Of a stretch of DNA of 64,000 nt, positions 1 through 12,558 are shown piece by piece (positions within the stretch are counted from its first letter, which is position 1; each line of letters begins with the position of its first letter). Below the pieces are notes generated by a model. That model was not told where the DNA came from and made no database searches. It saw only the letters and a program-made list of their open reading frames with translations. This DNA comes from Antedon mediterranea. Taxonomy: Eukaryota; Animalia; Echinodermata. The DNA is taken from contig NC_092678.1 of assembly GCF_964355755.1 (NCBI RefSeq), forward strand, positions 9,006,422 to 9,070,421. The letters are read 5' to 3'. The position numbers and the translations under genes are program-made.

Positions 1-1917
1 TGTTGTATGGAGTGGGTTCGTAATTAAAAACAATTTCGTCAGGCCTAATATTCCATATTAGGAATAGCCTACACGATAATATTTTAAAAAAACTAAAAAA
101 CATTACTCGTATACATTGTGGCATAACGTGTAGTGCTCTACTAACTATCGTTTGGACTCTCAGCTATACTAACTCGGGTTCGAATCTGTATGGATTTATT
201 TTTTTAAATAAATATAAAATGTTTTTCTTTTATTTTGAAAGAAAGATATTTAGAGAGTCAAGTTAATTTAGGATAATATAATGTAAAATATTAACAACAT
301 CAAAATTCAACAGGATGGCGTGTTGACTAACAATTTAATGTCAGAAAAATGGAATTATAATTCTCTTCGTTACGTGTTTAGAAAAGAATTTATATCTCAT
401 CGTAGTTTGTGGTATGTCGGCGTTGTTATGAAAATGAATTTGTGCAGGTGTAGTGGGAAAGATGGTATTGTTAGTCATTCGCGGTCAACACGCCACACTG
501 TTAAATTTTGATTTTTGTGCTAAACATAACATTTACAATATCAAAAATCGGGTGGCGAAAGCCACAGAAAAATAAAAGATGTTATGGTGTGCTCTCCCTG
601 CCTCAGCATTAAGGCCAATTGAAGCCAAATGCTCCTTAATTTGTTAGTACTCTTGGGTGGGCTTCTTTTCCAGATGGACTTCTTTTCGAGATTACTTTCA
701 AACTAAATGAGGGGATCTGCATGCTAGGTTCCCGCTCTGAGAAATTGGTTTTTTTTTACATGATTTGAATAATCTTCTAATGTAAAGATTATCAACATTC
801 AACAGTGTGGCGTGTTGACCGCAATGACTAACAATACCATCTTCCCCACTACACCTGCACCAACTAATTTGCATAATAACGCACGGCATACCAACTGTTC
901 AATATTTGTATGGGGGTCGCAAACAATGGGTTGGTTGGATCATGGAGAAATAATTATTTCTCCATGGTTGGATGGATGGCCATGCTTATTCAGTCTGCTA
1001 TTGTTCATCATTGAATTCATTGTATCAGTTGTTTTGATTTCTCATTATCAATTATTCACTTAATTCATTTCATTTATTTATGCTCAAACACAGTAAAATG
1101 TAGTACATGGTTTAAAATAATTTTCGTTTGTTTAAAGTTAAAAATTCACACACAAACTGTGAAATTATTTATTACAATAATGCATATGTATTTAAATAAA
1201 TAGAGATAGGCTAATACACTAGTCAGGTTAGGGCATCTTTACACATTTCTATTTATTTGTTCTTAATTTTAGGTTTTTTTAAAATTGAGGGCGCCAAACA
1301 TAAAATTTACAAGATCAGAAAGAGGTGGGAAGCCAAAAAAAAATTGATGACTATTGTCAACTTTCATTACTCCTGAACATTTTGGCATAACGTGTAGTGC
1401 TCTACTAACTATCGTTTGAATTCTCTCAGCTCTACTAGCTGGGGTTCGAATCTCTACGGATTTCTTTTTTTTTTAAATAAATATCAAATGTTTTTTCTTT
1501 TATTTTCAAAGAGAGATATTTAGAGAGTCAAGTTAATTTAGGATAATATTATGTAAAAGATTAACAACATCAACATTCAACAGGGTGGCGTGTTTAATGT
1601 CAGCCTTTTCTAGTAATTTTACCAACTTTTAAACAATTTGATAATGGAAAACAATTTCGGCCACGTATTTCCGTATTTCCAAATTAGGAATAGTACACAG
1701 TAATATTTAGAAAAATCGAAATTATTTAAATTTAAATGTTAAATTTTAATATACCTATAAATTAAAAAAAATAGATTGTAAGACCTGGGCATTGATCCCG
1801 GTACCTCTCACATGCTAAGCGAGCGCTCTACAATTTGAGCTAGTCCCCCAGTCGGAAGATCTAATTCCATGTTATGAGCTCACAATGAACTGTTGTATGG
1901 AGTGGGTTCGTAATTAA
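1..1917. repeat. Mosaic of local direct and inverted repeats, possibly the last unit of a ~1.89-kb tandem array
   Basis: TGTTGTATGGAGTGGGTTCGTAATTAA occurs at 1-27 and 1891-1917. ~115-350 recurs at ~1380-1600. 410-511 is the inverted copy of 791-892. Confidence 0.65.
1777..1849 (-). tRNA. tRNA-Ala(AGC), degenerate (probable pseudogene)
   Basis: Minus strand reads GGGGGACTAGCTCAAATTGTAGAGCGCTCGCTTAGCATGTGAGAGGTACCGGGATCAATGCCCAGGTCTTACA (73 nt), with anticodon AGC, G3:U70 and a downstream T-run terminator (A-run at 1764-1771). Defects: G2:A71 mismatch, loss of G18 and a T-stem mismatch. Confidence 0.85.
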
Positions 1918-2270
1918 CAAGCACGAGGGGTACAGCAAAAGAAGCTGCAATGACGTCATAAGACGTAACGTAACGTCAAATACACATCAATAACCTCGCT
2001 ACCAAATACGGCTATATTCCGAAAAGTTACGTCACATAACCGGAAATGGCATAAATACGGTAAATTATGAAATCTCAAAGTGCTATTTTGCAATTTCCGC
2101 TTTGTTCACCTATTACCCTAGTATATGCATGACATGTTTCAGAGCCGTCAGACGACGCGTAAAGAACTAGTAGGACTTGAAAGTTGGCTCAATAGTGTCC
2201 AGATGGAAGAAGAAGAGGAGAGGAGAAGATGGGCGGGCGGGCGAGTCCTACTCGGGTACCCCGAGTAAAA
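1916..2270 (-). mobile_element. Helentron-associated non-autonomous element (HINE/DINE-1-like)
   Basis: Minus-strand 5' end TTTTACTCGGGGTACCCGAGTA palindrome, then (CCCG)n and (CTT)n microsatellites, and a 3' end GTACCCCTCGTGCTTGTT with an inverted subterminal repeat. Confidence 0.6.
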
Positions 2271-2473
2271 ACTCGACTTCGTATATGCCTAGGCCTAGCC
2301 TGTCGGTGAAATTAGTCTAAGCTTCGAAATTAGGCCCTGTCACAGCCTTTTGGGATCGTTTCCAGCACATCACCAGATGCATTGATGTTGTCGCCTCATG
2401 ATGTGTGGTGGAAAGGGGGACGTATAAGTCTGTGAACCCCAAACACAGTCGCATAGCTTTAACTCTATTCCGC

Positions 2474-2546
2474 CGACCAGCGTGGGAATCGAGCCCACGA
2501 CATACGTGTTTTCAACACGACGCTCAGGCGACTGAGCTAACTGGTC
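2474..2546 (-). pseudogene. tRNA-like cloverleaf with GAA anticodon (probable tRNA-derived SINE head)
   Basis: GACCAGT TA GCTC AGTCGCCT GAGC G TCGTG TTGAAAA CACGT ATGTC GTGGG CTCGATT CCCAC GCTGGTC G = 73 nt. All four stems pair, but G18G19, A21 and T54 are missing and there is no immediate T-run terminator. Confidence 0.6.
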
Positions 2547-2780
2547 ATTTGGCTTTTAACAAGGTTAATATGATATTTAATGACGTAATGATGAATAACG
2601 TAATACTGTACACGTATAAATAGACTATTATTAGCTGTTCAGTCATGTACTGTTTTGTGGCGTAACGGGTAATGCTCAGGGTGAGTGCTCTCAGCTTTAG
2701 ATTGGGTTCGAACCTATTTTTTCGTCAAACTACAAAAGTACAGATTTTTTCGATCCAATCCACGTGAATAACTATTATTA

Positions 2781-5700
2781 CTCTAGTAGCTAGATCAACT
2801 TTCGTATGCACTTTGAGGTCCAGAGAATTTGACTTCAGAAATTGGTTTAGGATGGTCAAACAATCATTATTGGCTTGGTTACACATTTTGAAAATGTGGC
2901 GAAAGGTCAGGGTGAAAGGTTATCAAACTAAACACCAATAAGTCCTTAAATCTCGACAACCACTGGTCACAGCGAGGTAATTTTGGTGTCAAATTGATCA
3001 GAAGGTATACATTTATATTCAGTCTAATGGGACATTTTAGTCAAAAATGACCGGAAATGCCATTTCTTACCTTTGACCCACACCCCATGGCATGTATGTA
3101 TCTCCGTAACTACTGATTGTAGACACTTGAATTTGGTCTTAAATTGTTTGAAATAAACATTTTGTTATTTGTTGCACATTTTTAAAAATGTTACAAAAGG
3201 TCAAAGGGTCAGGGTCAAGGGTTATATGAACAAATATAAATAGATACTTGTATCTCGGCAACCACTCGTCGCAGCAAGTCAATTTTAGTCTCAAAATGTT
3301 CAGAAGGCATGCTTTCATATTCAATCTAATGGGACATTTTAGTCAAGTTTAGTCAGAAATGCCATTTCTGACCTTTGACCCACATATCATGGCATCTTCA
3401 TATCTCTGTAAGTACTGGTCGTAGAAACTAAAATTTGGTATCAAATTGTTCGAAATATACATATTTACATTCATTGTAATAGAACATGTGGTTAAAAGAT
3501 GAACAGAAATACTATTACTAATGTTTCAAACAAAAAATAAATCTCTACATAACTTATCCAGTAATGTTATGCAATAACTGATACTTTAAATTGTTTCAAT
3601 TTCAAGTACTAGCTGTCCCCAAGAACATTTTGATAGAAAGGTCAAGCTCAACGGTTCTTTTCGGAATGCTAGAAGTAACTTGCCATGTGTATCCGATTAA
3701 ACGCCGCGCCCCGGGCATTTATTGTTCAAAAGGGTTTTTAGGGGGAGGGGAGGCATCTTTATTTGGAGTATAATAATTATGGTAACATGTATAATCAAAT
3801 AAATACCACCTAGATGTAAAAAAATACAGCACAATTAATATCAAAAAGTGAAAAAAATGCATGGTAAATTGTAGATTATGGTAGTTAATGTAATGTGTTG
3901 TGATACAATTATTGTGGAAATGCATGTGGCGGGCGTATTCCACATGATGTTCTATTGGAGGGAACGGTGGCGTTTATTTGAGGGAGGCTTTTATTCAAAG
4001 CGGTTGTTAATTCGAATAAATTTTAATAATTATAATCGTTTCTCAACTGATAAAAGGTACTTTACATGATTCGTTTTCTTCTTTATGCTTTTTAACGAAA
4101 TGTTTCTGTCTTTTAGAATAAAAGTGACACTGTTGTTATAGATAACATTAAATGGATCTTCTCTTCCAGGTGCCAGTATAATGATATAAAACAATGACAT
4201 ATCATTTACCTGACACGATTGCACTCATAATGGATCTTCATTCTATCATCTGTTTGTTTAGTGTGACTACAATTTGACAACAATCTTTTGCATATTTTTA
4301 AATGCCAATACATAGTTTCATTACTATTGTACAATATGTCCAGCTTTCCTGAAAACACCCTTAGTGTACTGTAGTACAGTGTTGTAGTATGATTTTATCA
4401 TGATAACTTCTGATGCTTTTATTGTCAATGCATTCAGTACCTAAAACATGTCAAAGTTTCTAGTGGTATTGATAATAAATCTCCAGAAACATATATTGTT
4501 TTATTATCTACACTGGGAACAGACGTGTATAATATACACCGACAAAACTCCGGTATAAGTTTTGTCGGTAACATTCAAAAATATTATGCAACAGTGTTAC
4601 GGAATAATGACAATGAATTGGTCTAATAGTTGTCTCTGATACCTTTTATTACATGATTGTACTTGCGCCAGGATAGAATGAGGTTTAATCCAGTTATTAT
4701 TCTTATTATATTAATTAATTTTTTTTTAATCTGGGGTGTATTTATTTGATTATACATGTTACCATTATTACACCCAAACAAAATAAACGCCTTCCCTGAA
4801 TAAATAAATGCCCGGGCCTTTTATTCGGGTAACTATGGTAAGTTACTTCTAGCATTCTTAACTGTTGAGCTCGAGTATTTATTCGAATTAACACCCGCTT
4901 TGAATAAAAGCCTCCCTCAAATAAACGCCACCATTCCCTTCAATAGAACATCATGTGGAATAAACGCTCCGCCACATGCATTTACAAAATAATTGTATCA
5001 CAACACATTTCATTAACTACCATAATCTACAATTTACCAAGCATTTTGACATAATTTTATCATTTTTTGATATTAATTGTGCTGTATTTTGTTTACATCT
5101 AGGTGGTATTTATTTGATTATGCTACCATATTATACTCCAAATAAAGATGCCTCCCCTCCCCCTAAAAACCCTTTTGAACAATAAATGCCTGGGGCGTTT
5201 AATCGGATACACAAGGCAAGTTACTTCTAGCATTCTGAAAAGAACTGTTGAGCTTGACGTTTATATCAAAATTGTTCTCGTGGACAGCAATAGTACTTGT
5301 AATTGAAACAATTTAAAGTATCAGTTATTGCATAACATTACTGTCTAAGGATAAGTTGTGTAGAGATATGTTTTTTGTTTTAAACATTAGTAATAGTATT
5401 TTCTGTTCATCTTCATCACATTTTCTATGAATGAATGTAAATATGTATATTTCGAACAATTTGATACCAAATTTAAGTTTCTACGACCAGTACTTACAGA
5501 GATATGAAGATGCCCTGGTATGTGGGTCAAAGGTCAGAAATGGCATTTTTGATCATTTTTTACTAAAATGCCCCATTAGACGGAATATAAATGCATGCCT
5601 TCTGAACATTTTGAGACCAAAATTGACTTGCTGCGACCAGTGGTTGCCGAGATAAAAGTACCTTTATTTATTTGTTCATATAACCCTTGACCCTGACCCT

Positions 5701-6066
5701 TTGACCTTTTGTAACATTTTTCAAAATGTGTAACAAATAACAAATATATATTTCGAACAATTTAAAACCAAATTCAAGTGTCTACGACCAGTAGTTACGG
5801 AGATAAATACATGCCCTGGGTTGTGGGTCAAAGGTAAGAAATGGAATTTCCGGTCATTTTTGACTAAAATGTCCCATTAGACTGAATATAAATGTATACC
5901 TTCTGATCAATTTGAGACCAAAATTACTTCGCTGTAACCAGTGGTTGTTGATATTTAAGGACATATTGGTGTTTGGTCTTATGACTTATGACCACCCTAA
6001 ACCAATTTCTGAAGTCAAATTTTCTGGACTTCAAAGTGCATACGAAAGTTGATCTAGCTACTAGAG
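2781..6066. mobile_element. 3.3-kb foldback / long-TIR non-autonomous DNA transposon with TA target duplication
   Basis: TA|CTCTAGTAGCTAGATCAACTTTCG at the left end and CGAAAGTTGATCTAGCTACTAGAG|TA at the right end. Arms ~2781-4020 and ~4878-6066 are inverted copies with internal ~300-bp subrepeats. No transposase ORF. Confidence 0.85.
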
Positions 6067-6316
6067 TATATAGGCCCTATACAACATTTTTTTTCAGGGG
6101 GACAATCACGAAAATAAAAAAAACAAATTTCTTAAACTTAAGGCCTATAGATAATGAATGAGAAAATGCAGTGTATTATTTATATGAAGACTTTGTCCAT
6201 ATACAGTAATTTGTTATTGGTAAAATAATTATGGGGTAAAGGTAACATTTTTCGTAAAACTACAATATTAATACTGTAATTATTATTTTTATTTTAATGA
6301 TGTTTGATTTATTTAT

Positions 6317-6495
6317 TTTTCGCGCCGCTGCTCTAGCCAGCTATGTCCCATAAGGACATATTCATTAATAAGCTGTTTCATAGCGGTAGCTTTAGTATCT
6401 AAGGCCGACAGTTTTGCGAATTTGCAAACTCGACTATAATGTATAGATCCCAGCTGCTGGACCCAAAAAATGTCTGGGAAAAGAGAGTCTATGAG
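6317..6495. repeat. ~180-bp repeat, inverted partner of 10505-10680
   Basis: TTTTCGCGCCGCTGCTCTAGCCAGCTATGTCCCA...GAGAGTCTA is the reverse complement of 10505-10680 with few differences. Confidence 0.8.
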
Positions 6496-8089
6496 GGCTG
6501 ACGGTTGAACAATTTTGGATTCTTGCCCTTTGATTCGTTGACGCGAAACAACAGATTGTAGAAAAATTGTTCACTTGTACCACCGTGAAGTCACGTTGTC
6601 TCTATAGGGTATTCAGTTGCATGCCTACAGTTCAGGTTGAGGTCACACAAAAACAGGCTACAATAAAGTTCTAAATTGACTATTTTTAAATGCCATTTTT
6701 AATTAGTAGATTAATATTTGTTGGCAAATAATACATTGTTGGAAAGGTACACATGTCTTCTTTCAAATGCTGTGTATAGCCTACAATTAACTAGTGAAAA
6801 AACGGGCATGTGATTCATAATTAAAGCACTATCTGTGATTTGTATGTATCTTTGCGATGAAATCTTTTTAATAATTAATCATAAATTAATCAAAAGAACA
6901 ATGATTAATTTTAAAATGTCGAGCGGGGTTTTTTGTAAGAAATATTTCTTGTTTATTTCGGCAATGATTTTTTTCTTGATATTGATGTTGATAACTTTAA
7001 ATTGAATTGTTTTGATATGTGTTTTAACTTTGTATGAGACAAGCATCATTATATCCACTTGTTTTTGTGGACGAAATAAAGTTATCTTATCTTAGATCGT
7101 TTAATATAAGTTTATGTTAAAATAAATAAATTATAGTATTACAAAAACGTTTGATGAAATATTGTATTTATTAAAACATGGATTGTTTTAGAATACCGGT
7201 AGTCTTTAGATATTTAAAATAATTGGAGGCAATATGTATATAAAGCCGGTGAGTACGGTTTTCTACCATTCTTACATCTTATATAACTATAAATATAGCC
7301 CCAATAATTTTATATAATTATTGTTAACATGGTAGTACTGTATAAGATAATACTAACAAGAAATATTTCTTACAAAAAACGCCGCGTAACTTTTTGACTG
7401 GACAGTTGTAAGAACAGTCTTCATTAATTTAATATAATAGGTCGGCCAATCAAAACGCAAGTGAACAATTGGGACTTTACTTGTGATTTATGTCATTGGA
7501 CTGTCAGCACAGTCGTTTCTTTCTAGAATTAAACGCACAAACTTGTAATAGGAATAATGTATGTTTTATGTGGTTATTACTATCGCATTTAGGTATTGAT
7601 ATTATAATAATAATATGGCTTTTGAATATATAATTACTGTCTGTAGAATAACATTTATACATTTTCGGTTCGCGATGAAAAGTTATATGAATGGATTTGT
7701 AATATAGGTATTTATAATAATAGTATATGGGTTGTATTATTGCTAAGCTATCACCAAATCGCGTTATAACATTATTTCTCAGGGTTTTTTGCACCATTGA
7801 TCAATACCAAACGCGCATCGGTATTATAGTTTTTAATGAATCGTTACATTAATAAAAATACCCAATTAAATCAATCGCGTCAGTCCAATTCCGACTTATG
7901 TTTCGATCACATAGTTCTGTGTCTACACTGTCCCAACTAGTTTAACAAAAAAAAAGTGTGATGTGCCCAAATATGGTAGTGATATGCCCGAATATCGTAG
8001 TGATATGACATCGTCATGTCTATATAATATGGGCACATCATATTTAGTTTGATAGTATAGACAGAGCTTAAGGATTATATTTAAAAAAT

Positions 8090-9120
8090 GTTTTCTTACA
8101 TTTTGAAAAAAAGTATTTTTTTGTTTATAAGCCCAATTTTCCAGTCTTAATTTTACATTTTGAAAAAAAAGTATTTTATTTGTTGATAAGCCCAATTTTG
8201 CATTCTTATTTTACATTTTAAACGAAAGTATTTATTTGTTGATAAGCCGAATTTTCCAGTTTAATAATAATGACCCCTTCCACAGTGCTTATACCATATA
8301 CATTTTACATGATATTGACCGTGGGTTCTTTACGCCTCTGATGCATTTGTTTTTATTGTACCTTTTTAATAAATTATTATATGTTTAGGCCTAATCACAC
8401 CCAATTTAATGAAACGGTCAGATTCTGATTTCAATTGAACGAAAGTAGTACTGTATTTATTATTCATTGATAAGCCAAGGGTCCCATGGCGTTAGCCGAT
8501 ATCTTGAGCATTTAACCTGTAACACAAATCATTCTTCAAAATCTAAAGAAAGAACCTCACACGTCTTTTTTGTGAGTGATACACTATGGATATGCCCACG
8601 GAAATAATATGTGGACATTGCAAACAATCAGGCCTACAGTAACAAACATAACATGGCTAATAAGCATAACATTCAGACTGGTTTGTTTTCTAGTGGATTT
8701 TTATTTACTTTAGCATGTAGAATAAAACTAGTAACAGTGGCTATATTAATAATTATACTGACTATCCTTGATGTTATCGCGTCTAATAATAAAATATTTT
8801 GTTGTTGATAAGCCCAATTTTTCAGCCTTGATTTTACATTTTGAACGAAAGTATTTATTTGTTGATAAGCCCAATTTTGCAGTCTTAATAATGACCCTTC
8901 CACAGTGCATTTTACATGATATTGACCGAGGGTTTTTACGCCTCTATAGCCACTGATCAATACCATAATTAATGTTCTTTTTTAAATGAATATTGAAATG
9001 TTTCAACATACCCAATTCAAAAAACGGTCCGTTTTCGAGTTCAATCTTTTGATTAGAGAGGTTGGAGTTTCATTTTGAACGAAAGTATTTATTTGATTGA
9101 TAAGCCAAATTTCTAGTCCT
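8090..9120. repeat. Dispersed ~58-bp minisatellite units and a ~150-bp duplicated block
   Basis: TTGTTGATAAGCCCAATTTT...TTTTACATTTTGAACGAAAGTATTTAT units at ~8120-8270, ~8800-8890 and ~9070-9120. ATGACCC(C/T)TTCCACAGTGC...TTTTACATGATATTGACCG is duplicated (8270-8340 and 8890-8945). Confidence 0.75.
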
Positions 9121-9426
9121 AATGATTTGAGATTCAACGGGTTTTGCTTTCAATTGTATAATAATATAATTATATATATATATATAAATATAATATTAAG
9201 TATAATTATGAATTCACCAACACTTTCAGGCCCAATAACAATGATCCCGGGCCCGAGTTTTTGTAGACCGGACTTCCATGCACAGCCACATGTTAAGGAA
9301 TATGAATCTCTTTATGATTTTAATATGGTTCGAAATGATATTACACAACAACGATTAGACAGCAACTGTGCAAGAGTCCAACTAATCAAATCGGAATGAT
9401 CAATTTAATTGAACATTTACAGCATA

Positions 9427-9787
9427 AGGCCCATACACTAGGACGATAACGATCGACGATAAATAGACAAATGTGCATTTTTAATACATAAACCAAAAGA
9501 AATATAAACAATTCCTTTGATGAAAATTATATTTTCACACGTCCAATCAAATGACGTCATGATTAGTAAGACCAATAATATCGTGACAATACAGCGATTT
9601 TATTGTTTTTATTTATCATGACGTCATTTGATTGGAATTTGAAAAACATTATTTTTATCAAAGACAGCATAAATGATTATCCTATAGGTCTAGAACGAAA
9701 ACCTTTCTAATTTCTTTTGGTTTATGTAAAAAAAATGCATGCTATATATTTATCGTCCGTCGTTTTCGTCATAGTGTAATTGGGCCT
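9427..9787. mobile_element. Palindromic MITE, PIF/Harbinger-like
   Basis: Termini AGGCCCATACACTAGGACGA and TCGTCATAGTGTAATTGGGCCT. Inner arms are also inverted (CCAATCAAATGACGTCATGAT / ATCATGACGTCATTTGATTGG). TWA-like flanks are imperfect. Confidence 0.7.
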
Positions 9788-10504
9788 TTATACCAAAAAA
9801 ATAAATTGATTACGAAGTGACATGTCATTTTCACCTATCACCAAAAAACTAACCTTTTCAACACTAATTAATTGTTACGAAGCCAATTTATATTATATAT
9901 TTCATTAAAACTGAACTTTACGGTAAATGAAGAGTAAGTATCAGTTAATATGAATAATATAACTAGTAGGTCTATGAACTTGCGTCCAGACACAGAACTG
10001 TGAAATTACTATCGTAAATGTTGAAACCACTTATAAAACCTTTTTTTAAAGAAAATATAATTGTGTTAGGAGAAGGCTAATAAACAAATAGATAATGTAC
10101 AAACCTTTTTCTGGATTAATTAATGGAGCAGGCGTTAATAATAATCTGCTGCTGCTACCTAGACTGATTGTTCACCTTCTGACGATAATTGATTGGACCC
10201 CCCCCCCCCCCGGCATCTGATAACCAAAAAAAAATTTACCAGGACTGTTTCAATGATTTAATATCTGACGGCGTATTATTATAACCTTGGCCTAGATTGA
10301 CAGTCAAAAGAAAGTCATTGTAAATACCTCCCTTTATGTTGACAGAGCCAAAATAAAGTTTTGACCATTATCGAATGATTATTTGACAGTGACTTATTAT
10401 AATACCGGCCTGGTTGACAGCAAAACGAAGTTATTATTTATTGAACAAGATTTTACAGATTTCCGTCTACATCTCAATAATACTGTATTATCAGCAAAGG
10501 CTTT

Positions 10505-10680
10505 CATATAGACTCTCTTCTCCCAGACGTTTTTTGGGTCCAGCAGCTACCTATAAATTATAGTCGAGTTTCCAAATTCACAAAACTGTCAGCCTTAGAT
10601 ACTAAAGCTACCGCTATGAAACAGCTTATTAATGAATGTGTCCTCCTGGGACATAGCTGGCTAGAGCCGCGGCGCGAAAA
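10505..10680. repeat. ~180-bp repeat, inverted partner of 6317-6495
   Basis: TAGACTCTCTTCTCCCAGACG...GGCTAGAGCCGCGGCGCGAAAA. Confidence 0.8.
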
Positions 10681-12331
10681 GTATAGTAGGGCCTACCTGC
10701 AGATAAAAAATATATATCAGAAGCTTTTTTCCTTGGATAGTCATAGCTCATATATTATGTTTAAGCACTCTATGTTAGTTTTTTTTTTATAATGAGTTGA
10801 TTTTTTTTTCATTGCGAAAAACTATTAGTAATTTGCTTGTACACATTTTATTCTGCATTGTTTTTGATTATTGTCTCAGTATTTTAATTCAAATGTTTTC
10901 TTCTTTGTTTAGCTGTTTCGCCTTCTTTGAAGTATGCCACTGTAATAAAAGTGTAGTATTCAAATAAATAGCTATACAGCACGTGTAATATGGCTTTAGT
11001 GGATGACCTAAACAGGATATATCTGGCCTTAAATATCAGGGATGTTCTAGGTAAATCAGGGAGTTAAAAATATCTGGCATGATGCTGTATTTAAAATACA
11101 TCCCTGTCACGTCTAATGCTAATAGAAATGGGAAATAGTTATCTAATTTCAAGAAAATAAGTCTCTTTAAAATATTAGAATTATTTGCAAGACACTCTTT
11201 TGATTCGAAATTCAAGAGAACATTTTAATTCGGTATTTTAAATGTTGCAATATTTATGTGTGTTATTTTAAAGATGTATTTATCCCCCAAAAAGGATGAA
11301 AAATGAAGGTTAATAAAACCAGACTTATATTTATACCTTTGCAGTGTTTAATAAAGGTCTTCATTCCTGTAGATTTCTAGTTCTTTCAATTGATTTTACG
11401 ATGAGATAGGCTCATCCATTTCGGCAGTTAAACATCAAGTAGTGACAAATTAAAACAAATCAAATCGTTATTTAAAAAAAAAACACGTTGAAAAACATTT
11501 CGTTATCGAATTGTATTTATGTATTTGTTTTGAGTTAATTTTACGATTTCCGATTCGACACTCGTTTTGAAGCACATTTGGTTAAAACAAATAATTTACA
11601 AAAAATGTTTTACGATTTAAGGCTGTACACCACTTTACGTAAATATATATTACTACGGCATTTATTGTTACATTCTAACCTAATTAAGAATTTTAAGGGC
11701 ATTTTATAAAAAAGAAGAATATTAGACCCCTTGTAATTATTCACTAGTAAGCTACTACTACTAGTATACCTCTAACCATTGTGACAGATATGCCAAAAGT
11801 AGGCCTATATAGCTACAACGGTAAACAGTTCGTCCCTGGCTAACTAAGAACGTGCTTATTTCTGAATTAGTAATGTCTTATTTTGTGCCAGCATAGAATA
11901 TTCTATTTATTATATGATACAAGACTATACAAAATAAAGTACTGGCCTCAAAGGTGACGCATCCATCGATACCGTGTTGCTAATAGTTTGGAATCCCGCC
12001 AGTTTTCCACGATTTCAAAACAAACGCACGTGGAGTGACTGGAACCTCCGTTCAGCCACATACTGAAACCAATTGTATTGTAAACACAATTGCTTTTGCA
12101 AAGGAAATAATCTCACAGCTGAAAATATAGTGTAGTTTTGTAGTCTTGTGCAATACTTTCAGCCTACTGTTTGAATTATTTCCGTTGATTACAATGTATA
12201 CATTGACGTTTGATGATCAGAAAGACCACTAAGGGGCACTGAAGAACAATATAACGTCAAATTCAAGATAAGTAATATTTCCGGATTCGAGTCTATGGAA
12301 AATCCATTTCAATGACGAAATTGCATTGTGC

Positions 12332-12558
12332 TATAAAATAGGTCTTCCCGGAGGATGCACACGCATTTTATATTGAACAACAGTCACTGGTAGGTATGAA
12401 TCTGTCTATTATGTCTTAGTAAGATAATTCCTTGTCTATAATAGTGTATCGTACGTACCATATGTTTACAAATGTTATTTTTCTGTTTGTAGGCCTAGAT
12501 CATTGAGTCTAAAGTAATAGCTGCAGAGCTATCTTGATATCCGAGTCGATTAAGAACG
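12332..12558 (+). promoter_or_regulatory. Candidate TATA promoter and two non-coding 5' exons of the 623-aa gene
   Basis: TATAAAA at 12332-12338. Donor at 12390 (G|GTAGGT) or 12394 (G|GTATGA). Candidate exon 12493-12558 (TTTGTAG| ... CG|GTATGA). Acceptor TTTCCAG ends at 13147, 26 nt before the ATG. Confidence 0.5.

Noticed and set aside
1777-1849. Functional tRNA-Ala
   Set aside because: The acceptor-stem G:A mismatch, loss of G18 and T-stem mismatch make function doubtful; kept as a degenerate copy.
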